Below, piece by piece: positions 56,280-64,000 of a stretch of 64,000 nucleotides of DNA. The DNA lies in the NCBI RefSeq assembly GCF_009914755.1, contig NC_060932.1; one strand, 5' to 3'. The DNA is from the human T2T-CHM13v2.0 reference genome, Homo sapiens. The notes under the pieces are model-generated. The model saw nothing but the letters and a program-made list of their open reading frames with translations, was not told the origin of the DNA and did not search any database. The position numbers and the translations under genes were made by a program. Each line of letters begins with the position of its first letter. The stretch's first letter is position 1.

Positions 56280-57850
56280 AGCTTATTTCTGGCTGCAGAG
56301 AAAAAAATCAAAAACATTAGCTGAGTTTGGGTTTCTGAGTTCCCCAAGAATGATGGCAGTCTCCTGGACTCTTCTCATACCTCCTTCTAAAAACTATACA
56401 CAGCAACAAGAAGAACAAATAGAAATACCCATGCTCTGTACCTACAGAGTAAGTAGGAGACAGAAGAGAGCTACCAACACAAACGTATGAGAAAGTAGGG
56501 AGGTAAACACTGAAGAACAGCAGGATAAGCGCTGGAGCTGACCCTAGTGTGGGGATTATAGCAAGAGCTTCACAGAGGAGTTAAGAGGTCAGAGAACTCT
56601 CAGTGGCTGTAGGACTCAGATAACAGCAGCCAGGATTTCTCCCCAGAAGGAAGAGGTTCCATCTAAAATGGGAAGTATTGAAAAAGGCTTGAAACTTGGC
56701 AACAAAGCATCAAGCAGCAGCTTGGAGGAGATACGGGACCAGAATTGTAGTCTTGAGAACACCCTGGTGGCAGCAAGGGAGGGGATGATGATGTAAGACA
56801 TCTTTTGGGATTTGGAAGGTAGCAACTAGAGCTGAAGAGAAGGAAGAGATTAAGATAGGGGCTTTATTGAAACAAGGTCAGATCAAACAAGAAAGAAGAG
56901 CTCTGAAAACCAAAAACCATACTGACAATGAAGATAAAGCCTTTCCCACACTAACAGAAATGAAAGCTCCTGAACTGGGAATCATCCAAACTCCCTTCCT
57001 GCCACCAACCTTCCATTAATCCCACAATAGCTGGCCCAAACAGGGATAAGAAGTATAAAACTGCAATGTCCACTGAAAAATATAAAAAGAAAACATAGAG
57101 AACATAGATTAAAACATTTCAGGATACTCAAATTTCCACAATGCAGAGAAAAACCATAAACCAATATTCTAACATGATTAAAAATAATAAGCAACAATAT
57201 ATTGAATAAATGCCATGAAACACAAGATCAACAACTCAGAAAAGATGGGCAAACAATAACAAGATGTAAAGTGGGAGCTCATATAACACAGAAAAGAAAC
57301 TGAATAAAAAGAAAAGAACAAAATCACTGCAGGCTTAGCACTAAATCACAGGACACACAAAGGGCAACAGACTTCTCCAAAAGTATAGCAAGCAATGAGA
57401 AAAGCAAAAAGGAAAGTGAAACAAGTAAACAGATAAAAGGGATCACAGAGAAAGTGATAGATTAAAAAAAAAAAAAACAAAAAAGAGTCAACATACATAT
57501 ATAAGGAGTCCCTGAAAAAGAAAAATTAATGGGATAGAGCTAATCTTTAAAATTGCAATTCAAGAAAATGTCCCTAAAAAACAAAAGAGAACCTTAGTCT
57601 GGGCTCAGTGGCTTGTGCCTATAATCCTAGTACTCTGGGAGGCCAAGGTCGGAGGATCACTTGTTGAGCCCAAGAGTTAAAGGCTGCAGTGAGCTATGAT
57701 CATGCCACTGCACTTCAGCCTGGGCAACAGAGTGAGATCTTGTCTCTAACAAAATAAAAAAATTAGGAGAGGACCTAAACATCTACACTGAGAGACATAC
57801 TGAGTACATGGGAAATTTGCCCAGAATGCCAATTCTAAAAGACATCATAG
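56280..57850 (+). mobile_element. Ancient L1M 5'/ORF1 remnants
   Basis: A-rich strand with ORF1-like motifs (ataaggagtccctgaaaaagaa, attcaagaaaatgtccctaa). Confidence 0.45.
57597..57763 (+). mobile_element. Alu monomer (FRAM/AluJ-like)
   Basis: gtggcttgtgcctataatcctag...gagctatgatcatgccactgcac...gtctctaacaaaa. Confidence 0.85.
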
Positions 57851-57865
57851 TTACATCATTGAAGT

Positions 57866-58311
57866 TTAGTGGGTTGAATGAACAGTATCCTACCAAACTT
57901 CATGTCCACTTGGAACCTTCAGATTGTGAACTCATTTGGAAGCAGGATCTTTGCAAATGCAATTAGTTCAGCTGAGGTCATAGTGGAGTAAGGTGGGCTC
58001 TAAATCTAATGACAGGTGAGCTCTAAATCTAATGACTGGTGTCCTTATAAGCAGGGGAGACAGAAAGGAGACTGTCATGTGAAGATAGGCAGAGACTGGC
58101 TGGAGTGATGCATCTACTGACTAAGGAATGCCAACAATGTCTGGAGCCACCAGAAGCTGCAAGAGAAAACTTCCTCCAAGCCTGCAGAGAAAGTATGGCC
58201 CCACTGACTCCTTGATACCAGACTTCTGGCCTCCAAAACTTTGAAAGAATAATTTTCTGTTGTTTCAAGTTTGTGGTTAACTTGTTACGACAGCCCGAGG
58301 AAACTAATACA
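57866..58311 (+). mobile_element. MLT1B/C LTR
   Basis: gtgggttgaat...cagcccgaggaaactaataca. Confidence 0.8.
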
Positions 58312-60926
58312 GAGTGAACCAAAGACTGTATAACTAGCCAAGTAGTCTTTTAAGTATCAAGACTATAGACAAAGTTGTTAGCATGTACTCAGGGAAGATC
58401 ATACCATGAGTTAGCTCTTCTAAGGTAATCTATTACAGGACAAGCTTTATCCAACCAAGGGGTGACTGAGAAACTCTTAGCAAATGCATTGTCGGTTACC
58501 ATTGAACAAATTTAACTGTGGATTTAAGGGGAAACCAAAGATGGGAATAAGGTAAAAGAATAAAGGTGTATAAATGGTTTTCTCATACTTGGCTGATAAA
58601 AGTTAAAGGACACCATTTAACTCTGACAAGCTGAACAGCAGAGTCGAAAAGTAAACATCAAAAAAAAACAACTGTCTAAAATGAAATGATGGTCAAGGAT
58701 GAAATATGCTAATTTCACTGACGCTTATAGTAGTGAACCAAGAGACAATGAGACAATGTCTAAAGAAAAGGACTACATGAGTATGTAAAGAAAAAAGGAT
58801 AAATAAAGGCATTAGTAAAAGCAACAAAAAGAACAAATTTAACTTAAAATAACAGTAGTTGTCTGAACCACACTGAACATATAAAATTCATTAAGATCAT
58901 AAGAATATTTTACAGAGAGGAAGCCTGTTCCTTCCTGGAAAAACATGTTACCGCTGGAAGGGTTCTATACTCTAACTCCTTACTCTGAAAATTGGTAAAT
59001 AAAGTAAAAGAATTAAACATTTATCCCGCTTTTCTAGAAGAAACATTTCAGGATAAACAAATTAATTCCAGTTAATAGAGAAAATTCTCTATAGAAGAAT
59101 TCATGCTAATATATGTAGAAACAACAGAAACAGAAAATCTCATTTTATAACATCTTTAATAGAGCTTAAAACTATTATGCAAAAGGTTTAATAAAACTGG
59201 ATCTCAAATGATGTCAAAATCTCTCCAGATTACTTGCTAGTAGCAAAAAAATAAAAATTTTGTAACTAAGAGATCAGGTCATGAACACTTTAATCATCTG
59301 AGCATCATGAATGGCGAGACAAGTATTGTGTAATATGATGCAGTAGGAAGTATGTGAAAAATACCTACAATGTATTCATGACAAAAATGCTTAACCTCAA
59401 TCCAATCAAGGATTCAGATCTAATCTGCACTTTTTATAAGAGGATATAAAAATAAAGAAGTTAAATGACACCCTTTGGAAACAATCAGACAAGTCCAAAA
59501 GACAGACCATTCTAAAGGAGAAATGACTTAAGCTTCCCAACATCAATGTCATGGGGGGCATAAGGGGCCTAGGGGTTGTTCTAGATTAAGAAACCTTAAC
59601 AACCTATCAACCAAAATAAATGCTTGTTGGTTGACTGGATCTTGGTTTGAAGCAATCAGCTGTAAAATCCATTTTAGCAGCAATCGGGGAAATGTAAATA
59701 TTTGATGACATTAGGAAATAACTGTTAATTTTATTATATTAATATACTGTCCTTTTGTAGAAAATCTCCTTACTTTTTAGAGATGCATACTGAAGTATAA
59801 GGGTAAAATGTTTATTATGATCCTTATAATTTTCTTTAAGGTACACAGGCCAAAAAATAGGAAAGCAAATATGTAAAACTGTTATCAACTGCTAAATCAG
59901 GATGAAGGGGTATATAAGTATTCATTATAATTTTACGTTTGTTTGAAATTATTCATAAAAGTAAAAAAAAATGAAGAGAACAAAACAAAAAATCCTCTTA
60001 ATCCTTTTCATAAATATTCCAAAAACCAGTTTTACTAAGAAGTGAATTTACAGTGCTTTATCTCTAGAGGTCAGTATTGTGTAAGAGAATAAAAATATTA
60101 TAGCATATCTCAGTACATACTACCAGAATAATGTAAGAATTGCTGACTTAGTATTTTTAAAAATGTTCTTCATGTTACATAAACTCAATACATTTATTAG
60201 TAACACTTACATGAACATAATTATTTCAAGTGTCTAGTACAGTAGGTGCTTAAATAAATGTAAATGATGGATGATAATGAGGTATAGTGGTAAGGCAGAA
60301 GAGCAGCTACAAAATGTGTTTATTTTACCTGTAAGATAAGCTTAAAAAAAAAAAAAAAAAAGCCCAGTAGGAAATAAAAAGTGGTTGGTTGGTACGTTCC
60401 TACACCTACTTCAGAAATAACAATTTATTATTAATAGCTATAAAATTTCCACCGAGTGAATATACACTTGACCCTTGAACAACACAGGTTTGAACTGTGT
60501 GGCTCCCCTTACATCCAGATATTTTTCAATAAATATTTTGGTAAGCTTTTTGGAGATTTGTGACGATTTGAAAAAAATTCACGGACAAATTAAGTAGCCT
60601 AGAAATATTAAAAATTTAAGAAAAAGCTAGGTATGTTATGAATGCATAAAATATGTTGGAACTAGCTTATTTTGTCATTTACTACCATAAAATATACACA
60701 AAGTATAAGAAGTTAAAACTTACCAAAACTTAAGCACACAAGCACTTACAGACCATACATACGTAGTGCCATTCACAGTTAAGAGAAATGTAAACAAATG
60801 TAAAATCATAAACTGCACAAAATTATAGTATGTATTACTGAAATAATTTTGTACCACCCCCCCCCCCCCCACAATGCTACTGTGTGGGCCCAAGTGTCAT
60901 GAGCACCCACTTAAAACCCTATGTGA

Positions 60927-61188
<262 letters not shown>

Positions 61189-61365
61189 CTACGTGATGTA
61201 ATCATCTCTGTGTGAGCAGTTTGTCTCTCCGGCAAACTGCTCATCATGGTAAAAAGTGATCTTTTGTGGGTTTTGCATATTTTTCATAGTGTTTAGTACA
61301 ATTTCATAGTGTTTAATGCAAACTTTGAATAACACCCATGAGACTCATTTGAAGAGCCACTAGTG

Positions 61366-62960
61366 ATGCCGGAAGTGCTCCCACCTAGAGAAAAATCATG
61401 ACATTACAAGAAAAAGTTGAATTGCTTGATATACACCACAGATTGAGGTCTGTAACTGTGGCTGCCTGCTATCTCAAGATAAATGAATACAGCGTAAGAA
61501 TAATTGTGGGAAAAAAAAAACAAGAAAACTCATGAAGCCATTGCTGAAGCTACACACCAACAGGTGCAAAAACCTTAACACTTTTTAATGAAATACCTTT
61601 TTATCTCATATTGAAAATGCAGCTATTATGTGGGTATAAAACTGCTACATGCCTAAAGACTGTAGTATGATTCAAGAAAAAATGAAGTCATATGACAACT
61701 TTAAAAAAAAGGAAGGTGAAGAATCTAAAGCTGGATTATTTAATGCCAGTAAAGGATGGTTTGATAATTTTAGAAAGAGGTCTGGTTTTTAAAAATGCCA
61801 AGATAACAGGAGTAGCAGCTTCTACCAACCAAGAGGCAGCAGACAAGTCCCCAGATGCCATTAAGAAAATCACTGAGTTCTGTCTGCTTGAACAGGTTTT
61901 CAATGCAGACAAGTGTCCTATTCTGGAAAAAAAAAAAAAATTTAAAAAAGGGGCCACAAAATACATTTATTAGTAAGGAAGAGAAATGAGCACTAGGATT
62001 TAAGACAGGAAGGGATGGGCTAACTCTACTGTTTTGTATAATGCAGTCAGGTTTATGACCAGGACAGCCCTTATCTACAAAACCGCTAACCCCCGAGTCT
62101 TGAAAGGAAAAGATAAAACACCAGCTGCTTGCTAGTCTTCTGACTACAACAAGAAGGCCTGGACAACAAGAATCCTTTTTCTGGATTGAGTCCACTGATG
62201 CTTTGACCCTGAAGTCTGAAAGTACTTTGCCAGTAAGGGACTGCCTTTTAAAGTTCTTTGAGTACTGGACAATGCCCCTGGCTACCGAGAACCCCATGAG
62301 TTCAACACTAAAAGCATCAAGTGATTTACTTGCCCCCAAACACTACGTCTCTAATCCAGCCTCTAGAGCAGGAGGTCATAAGGACCTTTAAGGCTCATTA
62401 TACAAAGTACTCTATGGAAAGGACTGTCAATACCAATAGTAGAGAACCCTGACAGAGAAAATCATTCAAAGTCTGGAAGGATTACACCACTAAAGATGCC
62501 ACTGTTATAGAAAACCCATGAATTCGTCAAGCCCAAAATAATAAGTTCCTGCTGGAAAAAACTGTCCAGATGTTGTGCATGTCTCCACAAGATTTACAAC
62601 AGAGGCAATCAAGAAAATCATGAGAGTGCAGATATTATTTTTAAAAGGTGGGGCGTAGAGGGTTTCAAGATAGGGATCTTGGAGACATTCAAGAGTGAAC
62701 AGACACCACACCAGAGGATTAACAGAAGACGACTTGATGGAGATGAGTGCTTCAAACCAGGGCTAGACGATGAGAAAGAAGATGTAGAAGAAGCAGTGCC
62801 AGAAAATAAATTGATTTTAGACAATCTGGAAGAAAGGTTCTCATTATTCAAGACTGCTTTTGACTTCTTTTATGACATGGACCATTTTACGATACAGTCA
62901 CTGAAACTAAAGCAAATAAGGAAGGATTGGTACCATATAGTAAAATTTTTAGAGAAATGA
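61366..62960 (+). pseudogene. Decayed Tigger2 transposase (CENP-B-like HTH plus DDE)
   Basis: RKIMTLQEKVELLD, ASKGWFDNFRK, QVFNAD, LDNAPG and PNTTSLIQPL motifs spread across frames, with stops and frameshifts. Confidence 0.85.
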
Positions 62961-64000
62961 AAAGTAAAAAAGTCAAACAGACATTACAACATATTTTCAC
63001 AAAATTACATCAAGTATATCCTGCCTCTCCTTCCACCTCCTCCACCCGAGACAACAAAACTAATAATCCTTTCTCTTTCTCCTCCTCCTCTGCCTATTCA
63101 ATGTGAAGACAAAGAGGATGAAGACCTTTAGGATAAGCAATTTCCCTCTTATTCAATCATATATTTGCTCTTATGATTTTCTCAGTAACATTTTCTTTCC
63201 TCTAGCTTACTTTATTGTAAGAAACAGTACATCATAAATATGCAAAATATGTGTTAATCAGCTATTTATGTTGTTAAGATTTTTGGTCAAAATGAGGCTA
63301 TTCGCAGTTCAGTTTTTAAGGAGTCAAAAGTTACACACAGATTTTCAACAATCAGTGCCCCAACCCCTGCACTGTTCATGGGTCTACTGTACTACACTTA
63401 CTTATACATTTATATATTACTTCAGTAAAATACTATTCAAGTATCTCTTGATTCTAAGAATTTCAAGGAATTAATTCTAATTAAGTCTGATAAAAATTTT
63501 TATAAGCTTTGCTCTTATTGCCAACAACAATAATATCTAGTTCCCACTATAGTGAAGTGTAGCTAAATTCTGGTAAACATACCGATACTTAACAACTGGT
63601 ATTCCTCCAACATCAACATACCGTCTGGATCTGAAAATAACATTCCAGGAGGAGGGCACAAGCAAACATTCAGTGTGGGAATGGAAGGTCAACCCAACAT
63701 AATTCTAAACGTATTGATTATTTTAGAGAGTTTGCGGACTAGCAAGCACCTTTGTGTTCCAGTACATTGGGCAAGTTAGCCGCATTACAGAAGAATGGGG
63801 TATTATATTACTAACTTAAAAAGACATTTTTAGAAACCACTTTTTGCTAAGTTAGGGACATTTGGCTTCTTTAAGGTGGGTAAGCCTACAGATGAGAGAG
63901 GAATATATATTCTTATTAAATAAAGGTTTCTAAAAAGGGGCATTTTATTATCCCTATTCTTCCCTCTAATACGTACAGATGTGGAAATCAATGCCCAGAG

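Noticed and set aside
61770-62339. 189-aa minus-strand ORF, the longest in the window
   Set aside because: Antisense shadow of the Tigger2 transposase remnant, with no recognisable domain.

Overview
Human/primate genomic DNA, recognised from the encoded peptide as the 3' end of BPNT2 (IMPAD1/gPAPP). The 8q12.1 location is recalled, not verified. The minus strand carries the last two coding exons (55265-55426 and 52867-53138), a ~5.9 kb 3'UTR and a distal poly(A) signal at 47023-47028. Positions 1-47000 are intergenic and dense in transposons: a U6/L1 chimeric retrocopy, an L1PA6-like element with intact TSDs but a ~3.8 kb internal deletion fusing ORF1 to the ORF2 C-terminus in frame, a tiny twin-primed L1, a TSD-flanked Alu monomer with a non-Alu tail, a 9-copy minisatellite, an unexplained 144-bp direct duplication, and a nested ERV/MaLR LTR cluster. 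A near full-length Tigger2 lies in the upstream intron. I found no convincing new multi-gene system; the best leads are unusual retrotransposition products and the 144-bp duplication. Repeat family names come from memory of consensus sequences, not from a search.
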